Shown here piece by piece: positions 32,287 to 41,014 of a DNA stretch of 54,899 nt (the first letter of the stretch is position 1; the number at the start of each line of letters is the position of its first letter). Under the pieces are notes generated by a model. It was not told the origin of the DNA. It searched no databases and worked only from the letters and a program-made list of their open reading frames with translations. The translations under genes and the position numbers were made by a program. The stretch covers positions 62,001 to 116,899 of IMG/VR virus record IMGVR_UViG_3300021085_000013; one strand, 5' to 3'. This DNA is from an uncultured virus (IMG/VR IMGVR_UViG_3300021085_000013) (Duplodnaviria > Heunggongvirae > Uroviricota > Caudoviricetes).

Positions 32287-32804
32287 ATTTTATAATAATT
32301 AGTTACAAATTCAGTTATTTGTTCGTTTAAAAATTCTTGTAGGTTATTTATCTCTATTTGAGAAACAGCTGATTTAGAGATCTCTTCTAAGATTTGTTCC
32401 TTTTCTTCTTCAGAGTTTTCAACTAACATGTTAAATATTTCTTTCTTAGGAAGATTAATTCCTACACTTAATTGAAATGATTCAACGTTCTTAGCAGATA
32501 AAGTTTTAATTAATTGACCGAGTGGAGAATTAGTTTCTTTAACTTCTACTTTCTTTTCAATTTCTTTAATAGGAGCTTCCTTCGCTTTAGGTTTATTATT
32601 TCCAATAAGATCAACTCCAGGAAAAGGTAATCCCTCGGCGGTTACTAGTTCTAAAAACTCAGGTAATACTTTGTTGAATATTTTAGATCCATCTTTAAAG
32701 TAAGTAAATTCAGAATCTTTAGATTCTACCTCAACCACTTTACCAAAATTATCTCCCTTTTTCCACTGATATTTTACAATATCTTTTTCTTCAGTTGTTT
32801 GCAT
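32283..32804 (-). CDS. Hypothetical protein (173 aa)
   Basis: ORF track. Preceded by AAAC-N16-GTATAA motif. Confidence 0.55.
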   Translation of the reverse strand: MQTTEEKDIVKYQWKKGDNFGKVVEVESKDSEFTYFKDGSKIFNKVLPEFLELVTAEGLPFPGVDLIGNNKPKAKEAPIKEIEKKVEVKETNSPLGQLIKTLSAKNVESFQLSVGINLPKKEIFNMLVENSEEEKEQILEEISKSAVSQIEINNLQEFLNEQITEFVTNYYKI

Positions 32805-32822
32805 GATTTAACCTATTTTATT

Positions 32823-32849
32823 ATTATACACCTAAACTTAGAAAAGTTT
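32823..32849 (-). promoter_or_regulatory. Putative promoter, class AAAC-N16-GTATAA
   Basis: AAAC-TTTTCTAAGTTTAGGT-GTATAAT. One of eight equally spaced copies. Confidence 0.65.
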
Positions 32850-33053
32850 AAGCTGTGGTATAATATAGAAGGTATTAGATTCTCCTTCTTGATAGAACTT
32901 TATAAAGTCGTTTATAAAGGCATGGGATGTAGATGGTCCTATCATTGCCTCTGTCTTTTTAATATACCTTCTAAAAAACTCATGGCTTCCATGTTCTTTT
33001 AAATAGTCTTCTAGGCGGTTTACTTCTGGTAAGTTTATTCTATTAATGCTCAT
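32838..33053 (-). CDS. Hypothetical protein (71 aa)
   Basis: ORF track. Confidence 0.5.
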   Translation of the reverse strand: MSINRINLPEVNRLEDYLKEHGSHEFFRRYIKKTEAMIGPSTSHAFINDFIKFYQEGESNTFYIIPQLKLF

Positions 33054-33549
33054 TCCATACGATTACTTGTTCAACAATAATTCCTGCCTTTTTTAATAAA
33101 GAAATACCTGACAGATCTCTATATCCTTCACAGTAGAATACTTTTTCTACACCAGCTTGTATAATTAACTTAGCGCATTCAAAGCATGGAGAAGTAGTAG
33201 TATATAGGATCGATCCTTTCGAAGTAAGTGTAGATTTTGAAATCTTCATTAGTGCATTTGATTCTGCATGTAAGACTTCTTGTTTAGTAACTTGTTTAGA
33301 ACAACAAGTATCTTCACATTCATATCCTTTTTCTATTAGAATTTCTTTGTGGTCAGGATTATCTATATTTCTAGTTTGAGTTTCTTCACATTGATTATCA
33401 AAACCATGTGGAGTTCCATTATATCCAAATGAAACAATCTGCTCGTCTTTAACTACTATACAACCGACCTTTCTTCTCTCAGCATAACTGAGTTTAGAAA
33501 TTTGATATGCTATTTGCATGTATATTACGTCTACTGAAATTCTTGGCAT
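33043..33549 (-). CDS. dCMP deaminase
   Basis: RRKVGC, GYNGTP, HAESNAL and PCFECAKLIIQAG zinc-deaminase motifs. Confidence 0.92.
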   Translation of the reverse strand: MPRISVDVIYMQIAYQISKLSYAERRKVGCIVVKDEQIVSFGYNGTPHGFDNQCEETQTRNIDNPDHKEILIEKGYECEDTCCSKQVTKQEVLHAESNALMKISKSTLTSKGSILYTTTSPCFECAKLIIQAGVEKVFYCEGYRDLSGISLLKKAGIIVEQVIVWNEH

Positions 33550-33562
33550 ATTACTTTATAAA

Positions 33563-33605
33563 TAAAAAGGGTCCATGTATTATACATGAACCCTTTAAAA
33601 AGTTT
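33563..33605 (-). terminator. Hairpin terminator overlapping an AAAC-N16-GTATAAT promoter (33579-33605)
   Basis: Minus strand AAAGGGTTCATGTA-TAA-TACATGGACCCTTT followed by a T-rich tract. Confidence 0.7.
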
Positions 33606-33623
33606 ATATTGTTAATTTTAATA

Positions 33624-34526
33624 TTAAGCTTCTGGAGTTTCCTCACCAACAGCTGAATCAGACTCTTTCATCTCATTCACTTTCTTAGAATATGATTCGA
33701 TCATTTCATTACATGCAGCTTCATAAGCTTCAACTGAATAATCTTCTTTCATTTCTTTAAGAGATTGGGCAGCTAACGCTCCAACTAATGCAGCATTTTC
33801 TTTCATATATGTTTCAACAGTATGCTCATCATGTGCATCGTCTTCCCAAGCTTTAGCTTCATTTTTACATGATTCGTAAACCTCTTTTAACATATCAGAA
33901 ACTAGTCTTACTTCTTCCTCTTCTTCAGCAACTTCTTCAGTTTCTTCTTCAGCAACCTCTTCAGTTTCTTCAGCTTCAGAAATTTCTTCATTTCCAGCAG
34001 CATCGACAGTGTCTTCTAATTCAGCTTCTAATTCGTCTGATTTGTCTTCAGGAGTTTCACAGTCATTGTCAACTACTTCAGTTTCATCTTTTAAATTTTC
34101 AGCAGGTAAACCAGCTTCTTCACCAGATTCAGTTACTACTTCTTCAGTTTCAACTGATTCAAATTGTAAAGAATCAATTCTGATATTCATTGAAGCCATT
34201 TCCATCGGTTTAGTACCATCTTCATAGTCCACTGTTGCGAACATATCTCCAAGTTCTATGATTTTAAATCTTCCAGGAAATCTAACGTTTTCTCCGTAAA
34301 CAGTTTCACCTTTCTTAATTGCTTTTTGAGCTTTCTTTAATTTAGGGTGTAAACCTTCGTTAAGTTCTTCAGTAGATTCTTCTACAGCATCACCGTTTCC
34401 TTGAACTTCTTCCGCCTTTTCTTCAGATTGTTCAACTGGCTCAGCTGCCGCAACTACGTCTTGTTGCACCTCCTCAGTTCTATCCATCTCAGATAAAAAC
34501 TGTTCAAATGATTTTAATTTTGCCAT
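33624..34526 (-). CDS. Highly acidic protein, putative internal head/scaffold protein
   Basis: Very Glu-rich. N-terminus MAKLKSFEQFLSE. Late-type motif upstream. Confidence 0.5.
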   Translation of the reverse strand: MAKLKSFEQFLSEMDRTEEVQQDVVAAAEPVEQSEEKAEEVQGNGDAVEESTEELNEGLHPKLKKAQKAIKKGETVYGENVRFPGRFKIIELGDMFATVDYEDGTKPMEMASMNIRIDSLQFESVETEEVVTESGEEAGLPAENLKDETEVVDNDCETPEDKSDELEAELEDTVDAAGNEEISEAEETEEVAEEETEEVAEEEEEVRLVSDMLKEVYESCKNEAKAWEDDAHDEHTVETYMKENAALVGALAAQSLKEMKEDYSVEAYEAACNEMIESYSKKVNEMKESDSAVGEETPEA

Positions 34527-34581
34527 AATTTTTTATTTTATTTGTTTTTGTTGTATTAATTACTATCTATATATCCCTTTT

Positions 34582-35064
34582 TTATAGGGTTTTAATCTTG
34601 TTTTGTTTCATCCAGGCTTCTAGCTCTTTAACTGCTCTATCGAATACCCTGTTTCTATCAATTTTTAATTCAAATGAATTAAAGTAATTTTTCATCATAT
34701 AATATGCAGGTTCTACGCTTTCATCATTCGCTGCTAGATCTTCTACATGTTTAGAAACTTCATACGCATAATATGCAGATTTTTCAGCCATAGGGTTTGT
34801 CATTGCTTGATAGAATTGTCCACCATAAAATTTACCTACTATGTCTCCGAATTTTTCTTTCATTTCTATCCATGAAATTCCTTCTAATCCAATCCATAAT
34901 TTGGCTTGAACAGATTTTGTATCTTTTCTAATAAAACCTGCCTTAGCCATTTCTTTAGATATATCTTTAATTTTCTTAGGAATTGGTAATTTACCAAACT
35001 CTTTTTCCCATGTAGAAATTTCTTTATCGTTTACAAAGGATTCAAATAGCTTTATGTGTTTCAT
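34582..35064 (-). CDS. Hypothetical protein with capsid-targeting-like N-terminus
   Basis: MKHIKLFESFVND. Confidence 0.55.
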   Translation of the reverse strand: MKHIKLFESFVNDKEISTWEKEFGKLPIPKKIKDISKEMAKAGFIRKDTKSVQAKLWIGLEGISWIEMKEKFGDIVGKFYGGQFYQAMTNPMAEKSAYYAYEVSKHVEDLAANDESVEPAYYMMKNYFNSFELKIDRNRVFDRAVKELEAWMKQNKIKTL

Positions 35065-35405
35065 TTTTTAGTTATTTGTATTTTCAAAGAAGAAGTACCC
35101 TGTATAATTCTATGATACTCTCCTGCATTTACTTCTATATATCCTTTTAATTCTATAGGGAGCTTATTATCGTATTGGAACTTCCAATCATTTTCGTTTA
35201 AAGCTTCGATAACCCTGTCCTCCTCGTCGAAGTGCCATTTAAAAAGATGTTCAGGTTGGTTTGGTAAGAATTCTCTAATGATTATATTTTTTGAAACAGC
35301 CGTCTCCGTAAAGGGTAATGTTTTATCATCGACCATGGATATCATTTCTTCCATGGACATTTCTCCACAACCGCAACTTTTACATTTACAATCTTTATCT
35401 ACCAT
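35061..35405 (-). CDS. Cupin-like protein with N-terminal CxCxxCxC
   Basis: WHFDEEDR...YHRII resembles cupin metal ligands. Start moved to ATG 35405 to avoid a 67-nt overlap. Confidence 0.5.
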   Translation of the reverse strand: MVDKDCKCKSCGCGEMSMEEMISMVDDKTLPFTETAVSKNIIIREFLPNQPEHLFKWHFDEEDRVIEALNENDWKFQYDNKLPIELKGYIEVNAGEYHRIIQGTSSLKIQITKK

Positions 35406-35938
35406 GGTTGATCGCTTTTTATACCAAGCTGTTTTCCAAAAAGAGTAGGTCCGTAACATGCCCAAAATCCCGCCTTAGTCGGATCCATCTTAGCCATTTT
35501 ATCACAACCGTGTCTAGCCCAAAAGTTAGCTGCTCTTCCCGGGTCGTCGTTCTTAATAGTAGATGAAGGATCTCCCCATTCTAATTTCTTAGCAATGATG
35601 TTTCCTTCTTTATCAGTTCTTCCACTATTTCTGTAAACTATGAATTTCTTATTTCCACCCCTCGTTGGTGAATCTAATTTTACATTCTTTTGATTTCCTC
35701 CTCTAGGTTTATAGACTGCTTTAGTTCCTACTTCTAGATTTTTAGCCATCCATCCTGAAGGACCCTTTAAGATAATATTGTTTTTATCCCAATATTGTTT
35801 TACTTCTTCAAATAATTCAATATATGCATCGCTTCCTAAACGAAAGAATGAATTAGTAAGATCTAATCCTTCTTCAATGTGAGCTTTTAATTCGGGTGAA
35901 ACTTCGTTCCAATCTTCAAATGTCTTTATAAACTTCAT
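35399..35938 (-). CDS. Hypothetical phage protein with capsid-targeting-like N-terminus
   Basis: MKFIKTFEDWNE. C-terminal DPGRAANFWARHGC..KAGFWAC resembles a module seen in large aquatic phages. Confidence 0.55.
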   Translation of the reverse strand: MKFIKTFEDWNEVSPELKAHIEEGLDLTNSFFRLGSDAYIELFEEVKQYWDKNNIILKGPSGWMAKNLEVGTKAVYKPRGGNQKNVKLDSPTRGGNKKFIVYRNSGRTDKEGNIIAKKLEWGDPSSTIKNDDPGRAANFWARHGCDKMAKMDPTKAGFWACYGPTLFGKQLGIKSDQPW

Positions 35939-35949
35939 AACTTATATAT

Positions 35950-36882
35950 CTATGATAGAACGAGCTCCTTTAAAAACTCCTGCTTGTATCGCTGTAGGGC
36001 AAGTTCTTTCGCCTTTGCTTCGAGTTCGATATCTAGATCCATACCATACGTTTCAATGTGATCATATACATAATCAGCATGTGCACGTTTATTGCCTTGT
36101 GTAGCATCTTCGTGTATTTGTTTACATGAAGAATAGTGGCATAGTTGGCGAATTCCTTTAGGCCATGATTTAGCTGCAAGTTCTAGAGCTTCTTTTTCTG
36201 GCATTGAATCTTCGTAGCACCAGTGATGATGATAGTCAAATGTTATTGGAGTTTTACCCGTTAATAGATGTATGTCATATAAATCCTGTACCGAATACTG
36301 TGCTGTTTTGTCATCGTTTTCGATAACTAGACGATTCGCTGCGCCTGGAGTAAGTCGCTTGAAATTTTCAGCAAATCTTTTCTTAGTAGCTTCTTTATCG
36401 TCGTAGGTTCCGCCGATGTGAATATTGATAGCAGCATAAGGAGTTTGTGGTAAATCTAGCATATCCATTATTTCGCCGTGTTGACGTAAATCTTTAAGGG
36501 CTTTGATAACTACCTTTTCATTCGGAGAAGCAAGAACATTGAAAGGACCTGGATGGAATGTCAATCTTTGGCCATATTGTTTAGCAAGTTTACCTGCACC
36601 TTTCATTAGATTACACACTTTGTCATAATCAGGAAGTTCAGATAATTCGTATTCCGACATCCATGGAAATAGATTACTTGACATACGATACATTGTTATG
36701 TCGTTCTTGTAATTCCACTTGATAATTTCTATCATGTCCTTGATATTTAACACTGCAAGTTCTGATGCGTATTTAATACCCTTTTCCATGAAGGTTCTTT
36801 TAATCATTTTTCTACCAACATATATGTTCGATTCTTTTTTAAGAGTCATGTTGATACAACAATATCCGTAGTCTGCTGCCAT
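35950..36882 (-). CDS. uvsE: UV DNA damage endonuclease (UvsE/UVDE)
   Basis: GYCCIN, YRMSSNLFPW, RLTFHPGPFNVLAS, INIHIGG, RLVIENDD, FDYHHH, HADY, EAKAKE. Confidence 0.93.
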   Translation of the reverse strand: MAADYGYCCINMTLKKESNIYVGRKMIKRTFMEKGIKYASELAVLNIKDMIEIIKWNYKNDITMYRMSSNLFPWMSEYELSELPDYDKVCNLMKGAGKLAKQYGQRLTFHPGPFNVLASPNEKVVIKALKDLRQHGEIMDMLDLPQTPYAAINIHIGGTYDDKEATKKRFAENFKRLTPGAANRLVIENDDKTAQYSVQDLYDIHLLTGKTPITFDYHHHWCYEDSMPEKEALELAAKSWPKGIRQLCHYSSCKQIHEDATQGNKRAHADYVYDHIETYGMDLDIELEAKAKELALQRYKQEFLKELVLS

Positions 36883-36892
36883 ATATTTTATA

Positions 36893-37135
36893 TTAAGAGT
36901 TTGTATTAAGTTTCTTTTTTACTTCTTTGACCGTTCGTTCGGCCATGCATGCTTCTTCTAATGTAAATACATCGAAATCCATAAAAAGTAATCGGTCTTC
37001 CGTCTGAACAAACAGATTGTCACCAATTACTTCATATCCATTTTGTCTGTATACTACACTGTCTTCTATTCGTACGACATGAGTAGTGCCTTCGATTCTA
37101 GCAATGCGTTCATACATTGAAATCATTAGTCCCAT
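36893..37135 (-). CDS. Hypothetical protein (80 aa)
   Basis: ORF track. Confidence 0.5.
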   Translation of the reverse strand: MGLMISMYERIARIEGTTHVVRIEDSVVYRQNGYEVIGDNLFVQTEDRLLFMDFDVFTLEEACMAERTVKEVKKKLNTNS

Positions 37136-37539
37136 TGCTTTTCAAATTCGTACCAATGATCTGTTTCTGCACAACACTTAAGTCCGTCGACAATAAGCAT
37201 ATCAATTTCAGAAGCGGAGAGAGTGTCGAACCATGCGCTAATGATACCTTCTAAAAGAGGAAGAGTTTCCTCAGATGTCATTGAATTGCGACCCATGTTA
37301 GAATAAATGTATTCTTCTTGTGCTTGTCTAACAATTGCTCCACCAATTCTAATTGCTACATCACCGTTATCGTTAAATCGCCTTCCTGAAAAGTATTCGC
37401 CATCTCCGAACTTTTCGAAAATATCCTTTTCTGGATGTCTCATTTTAAAGATTCCAATTTGAGTAGTGAGATGTGGGATAATAGATTTTGCAGGTTCATA
37501 CCAACTAATTCCGTTTGCTTTGATTGATTCTAAGTTCAT
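37126..37539 (-). CDS. Hypothetical protein (137 aa)
   Basis: ORF track. Directly downstream of 41-bp repeat. Confidence 0.55.
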   Translation of the reverse strand: MNLESIKANGISWYEPAKSIIPHLTTQIGIFKMRHPEKDIFEKFGDGEYFSGRRFNDNGDVAIRIGGAIVRQAQEEYIYSNMGRNSMTSEETLPLLEGIISAWFDTLSASEIDMLIVDGLKCCAETDHWYEFEKQWD

Positions 37540-37558
37540 GTGTTTGTTTTAATTATTA

Positions 37559-37599
37559 ATTACTATACTAATATAAGCAAAATACTTGAGATAAAAAAA
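37559..37599 (-). promoter_or_regulatory. 41-bp conserved upstream element, copy 1 (putative early promoter)
   Basis: Plus strand attactatactaatataagcaaaa.....gagataaaaaaa, near-identical at 37995 and 43948. Confidence 0.7.
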
Positions 37600-37616
37600 C
37601 ATTTTACTGTTTATTT

Positions 37617-37754
37617 TTAATCTTCTTTATTTTTATGCTTATTCTTTCTTCGATACTTTTTCTTGTTTCTCACAGGAGTAGGCATACGAAGGGCATCAAG
37701 CCACTCTTGTAATGTTAAATTTACTTCTTTTAATTTCTTACCCTTGTTTTCCAT
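37617..37754 (-). CDS. Small basic protein (45 aa), ArfA-like; not in ORF track
   Basis: Translated by hand: MENKGKKLKEVNLTLQEWLDALRMPTPVRNKKKYRRKNKHKNKED*. ATG overlaps upstream stop (TAATG). Confidence 0.55.
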   Translation of the reverse strand: MENKGKKLKEVNLTLQEWLDALRMPTPVRNKKKYRRKNKHKNKED

Positions 37755-37978
37755 TACCTTTCTAAGATTACAAAATCTCCAAACGCTTCGTCAAATACCT
37801 TAATAAGATTTTCATAGTCTCCTCCTGTCATTTGAGAATAAAGAGTTTCCCAATCCTTTCCAAGATCTTTTGAAAAACTTTTTGCGTAGGCTAATAGCAT
37901 GAAGGCATTTCCTTCAGGACCCGTTAAGTCGATTATTACAGGATTTGATTGATGTTTGTGAAGTTTTTTTCTGATCAT
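37754..37978 (-). CDS. Hypothetical phage protein (74 aa)
   Basis: IDLTGPEGNAFMLL motif. Downstream of 41-bp repeat. Confidence 0.6.
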   Translation of the reverse strand: MIRKKLHKHQSNPVIIDLTGPEGNAFMLLAYAKSFSKDLGKDWETLYSQMTGGDYENLIKVFDEAFGDFVILER

Positions 37979-37994
37979 TATTATTGCTTGATTG

Positions 37995-38035
37995 ATTACT
38001 ATACTAATATAAGCAAAAAATCTGAGATAAAAAAA
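37995..38035 (-). promoter_or_regulatory. 41-bp conserved upstream element, copy 2
   Basis: attactatactaatataagcaaaaaatctgagataaaaaaa. Confidence 0.7.
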
Positions 38036-38083
38036 CTTTTAGCTGTTTATTTTCAAAAAACTTTTGGTTATAACCAGAAGTTA

Positions 38084-38680
38084 TTACAAAAACTTATGGT
38101 ACAGTTTACCTAAAGGATATTCGTTATCTTCTGACTCCATCTTTTCAGGATGCCATTGAACTGCCCATATCTTTTTATCTAAGTCTTCGAATCCTTCAAC
38201 TACAGAATATAATGGATATGAAAGATGTGTAGCTTTGAAGTTTTTAGCTAGTATATTACAGTGTTGATGATGCCTAGAATTAACACTAGTTAATGTTCCA
38301 TTTAAATCTTCAACCGTATGGAATTGAGATGGCTTCCCGCTATGATCAACGTCTTCTGAAAAGTCAGCTGCTTTATGATCTTCTACTATTGCATCAGATA
38401 AATCTTCTACCGTTCCTCCAAAATAATGATTTAGGATTTGCATTCCTCTACATATTCCTAATATTCTATTATTAGAATCCAGGGCCTGTTTAATCCATAC
38501 GAATTCTTTAGCGTCCCTTTCTTCGTCTTTTCCAATGTCTGCTCCTCCACATAATAGTAAAGGGCCTTTGACCTTGCGTCTAAGATCTAGCCATATTATT
38601 TCATGGTTGTAATGTGAAAGCCAGAGTCGAATTGCCTCTTTTTCCTTTATTCCCCTTGGAGGTGCTACGTAAATAGTCAT
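38084..38680 (-). CDS. Class I glutamine amidotransferase / peptidase C26 family
   Basis: GGADI, GICRGMQ nucleophile elbow, VNSRHHQ, VQWHPE. Confidence 0.88.
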   Translation of the reverse strand: MTIYVAPPRGIKEKEAIRLWLSHYNHEIIWLDLRRKVKGPLLLCGGADIGKDEERDAKEFVWIKQALDSNNRILGICRGMQILNHYFGGTVEDLSDAIVEDHKAADFSEDVDHSGKPSQFHTVEDLNGTLTSVNSRHHQHCNILAKNFKATHLSYPLYSVVEGFEDLDKKIWAVQWHPEKMESEDNEYPLGKLYHKFL

Positions 38681-38683
38681 AAT

Positions 38684-38710
38684 AAAAACCCAATGAATTT
38701 GGGTTATTTT
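38684..38710 (-). terminator. Putative Rho-independent terminator
   Basis: Minus strand AACCCAA-ATTCA-TTGGGTTTTT. Confidence 0.6.
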
Positions 38711-38717
38711 TAAAAAG

Positions 38718-39275
38718 CTAGGATTTGAAAAGGTTGTTTACCTGATCAACGATATCTTTTCCTTTATAAGATGCCTTAAAATGTTTAAGCAATTCTTTCT
38801 TAGCTTTCTTTTTATCAGAAGATGATAAATTGTCAAATCTGTCTATAATAGAAGAATTGTTATCTTTTGCGGCTCTATATTGTCCACCATCATCAATGTA
38901 TTGTGCATATAGATCGTATGATTTAAAGTATTTTAAGAATAATTCTAGATCAGATAAGATTTCTTTTTCTAGTTGATTCTTTAATTTTCTATAGATGGTT
39001 TTCTTTTTGTTATAGTAATATTCCCATCCATCATTTTCTTGCATTCTCCATCCACTTACTTTATACATGTGGATCGTATCTTTAGAAGATAATTTGATTT
39101 CAAATTTAATACCCTTGTCAGTTGAAAGATCTTCAATGCTTTTAAGCATATCTTCCTTAGGTAATAATCTCGCCATAATCCATTCAACTTCCTGTTTCAT
39201 TTCTTCAGGAGAACCCCAGTTCTTTTTGAAATCGTTATATGCGTAATACTTTTCGAATGTCATTAGATGTTTCAT
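38718..39275 (-). CDS. Hypothetical protein with capsid-targeting-like N-terminus
   Basis: MKHLMTFEKY. GATATATA 4 nt upstream and own terminator downstream. Confidence 0.55.
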   Translation of the reverse strand: MKHLMTFEKYYAYNDFKKNWGSPEEMKQEVEWIMARLLPKEDMLKSIEDLSTDKGIKFEIKLSSKDTIHMYKVSGWRMQENDGWEYYYNKKKTIYRKLKNQLEKEILSDLELFLKYFKSYDLYAQYIDDGGQYRAAKDNNSSIIDRFDNLSSSDKKKAKKELLKHFKASYKGKDIVDQVNNLFKS

Positions 39276-39286
39276 ACTCTATATAT

Positions 39287-40012
39287 CTATCCTACGAATC
39301 CAGGATCTCCAGCTCTTCTATCCCATCCAATATGTTTGACATATCCATCATTATCGTCCACTGATAAACTAACAACTATAAAACCCTGATCTCTATACCA
39401 GTGATCTACGAGATGTTCTCTAACCATTCCCGTGTACCCGTTATTTAATAGTCTATAGTCGCTCATTCTTTTTAAGCCTGGATTCCAGCTAAATCCCATA
39501 TAATCCCTGACTATCATGGGAGTACCGTCCTCGTTCATGTCTCCTGTTGAAAAACTAGCAGGAAGAACAGCTCTAACTTTCATTCCGTTTAATTCAAATA
39601 CTCTTTCAGATATTTTATTTAAAATCCTATCGTTCTTTGGGCGTATCCACGCTTGTAATATTTTTTCACTAGCAGAGAGAATTCTAATAGAATCTTCGAT
39701 AAATCCATGTCTATAGAATTCCCAATCTTCTTCACAATGAAAGACATATTTAGTAGTTACGGTAGAGTATGCTTTATCTATTGACTTTGACTGTCCTAGT
39801 TTATTTTCATTAAACATAAACTCTAAAGAGTTATTATACTTCTTATTAAGCTCATCACATGCATCAAATACTTCTTCCTGTGCAGAGTCCTCTGTTATAA
39901 TAAATCTTTCAATTGGATATGTGTTGAATTTAAAAAAAGAGTCTAGTGTTTTTTCTAAAAGATCAACTCTTCCACATGAGGTAAGAACAACTGTAACTGA
40001 ATTTATTTCCAT
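39287..40012 (-). CDS. Glycosyltransferase, GT-A/GT2-like
   Basis: VVLTSCGRVDLLEKTLDSF, YVFHCEEDW, FSWNPGL, VKHIG. Confidence 0.8.
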   Translation of the reverse strand: MEINSVTVVLTSCGRVDLLEKTLDSFFKFNTYPIERFIITEDSAQEEVFDACDELNKKYNNSLEFMFNENKLGQSKSIDKAYSTVTTKYVFHCEEDWEFYRHGFIEDSIRILSASEKILQAWIRPKNDRILNKISERVFELNGMKVRAVLPASFSTGDMNEDGTPMIVRDYMGFSWNPGLKRMSDYRLLNNGYTGMVREHLVDHWYRDQGFIVVSLSVDDNDGYVKHIGWDRRAGDPGFVG

Positions 40013-40344
40013 AGTATTTGTATTGATATTAAAATAAGGGTTAATAACAGAGACACTCCGGTCTTCGCCGTGATACCTTCATTCATAAAGTAATAAGTCA
40101 TAGCAGTAAATATAAGAATACCACTAGCAAAACCTATGAATCTTCCAGGCCAAAGTAAACCGTCAAAGTGCTCAACAACCATCTGCGTTGCTTTAATTAA
40201 AATGTAACTAATGATAGAACCCATTCCAATGGCAACTGGCCATGGATTTTTCTTAAACCAAGGCCATACAAATTGTCCATTAGTTTGAATCCAAATAAGT
40301 CCTTGCCCTAATAGGAATAATAAAAAGCCGTAAAAAAGTTTCAT
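40003..40344 (-). CDS. Small multi-pass membrane protein
   Basis: About four hydrophobic segments in 113 aa (SMR/DMT-like size). Confidence 0.6.
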   Translation of the reverse strand: MKLFYGFLLFLLGQGLIWIQTNGQFVWPWFKKNPWPVAIGMGSIISYILIKATQMVVEHFDGLLWPGRFIGFASGILIFTAMTYYFMNEGITAKTGVSLLLTLILISIQILWK

Positions 40345-40973
40345 TAGAATAATGAATTAGTAGTAGTTAATAGATGTGATATAAATGAAGGCCTATGTGA
40401 ATCACTGGCTCCCATTTCCTTTATTGCAGTTATATGTTGTTTTGTTCCATATCCTTTATTAGAATTCCACCCGTATCCTGGAGTTTCTTCATCTAATTCT
40501 TTCATTAACATATCTCTACTTGTTTTAGCAAGTATAGATGCAGCAGCGATAGAACTATATTTATTATCTCCACCTATTACAGTTTTAAAAGGTATTCCTT
40601 CATATCCGTGGAATTGATCTCCATCCACTAATATAAAATTAAATGAATTGTCAATGGTGTTTAGACATTCTTTCATTCCTAGAAGAGTAGCCTTTAATAT
40701 GTTAGTAGATTCTATTGTTTCCGTATCTATATGCTGAACGCTATACGCAATTGCGTTATCTAATACTATTTCCCTAGCCTCTTTTCTCTGAGATTCATTT
40801 AGCAATTTAGAATCTTTTATTAAAGGATGGTTAAATCCATACGGCATAATAACCGCAGATACTGTAACTGGTCCTGCCAAGGCACCTCGACCTGCTTCGT
40901 CTATTCCAACTTCAACGATACTTCTATCGTCATTATAACTTCCTTTAAGTAAGATGTGTTTTGCTTTCTCCAT
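40344..40973 (-). CDS. rnhB: Ribonuclease HII
   Basis: GIDEAGRGALAGPV, DSKLL, ILVDG, GD..Y.SIAAASILAKTSRD, NKGYGT..H. Start at ATG 40973, downstream of the promoter motif. Confidence 0.92.
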   Translation of the reverse strand: MEKAKHILLKGSYNDDRSIVEVGIDEAGRGALAGPVTVSAVIMPYGFNHPLIKDSKLLNESQRKEAREIVLDNAIAYSVQHIDTETIESTNILKATLLGMKECLNTIDNSFNFILVDGDQFHGYEGIPFKTVIGGDNKYSSIAAASILAKTSRDMLMKELDEETPGYGWNSNKGYGTKQHITAIKEMGASDSHRPSFISHLLTTTNSLF

Positions 40974-41014
40974 ATTAAGTTTTATAGGAGTTATACACAC
41001 ATTTAGTGAAATGT

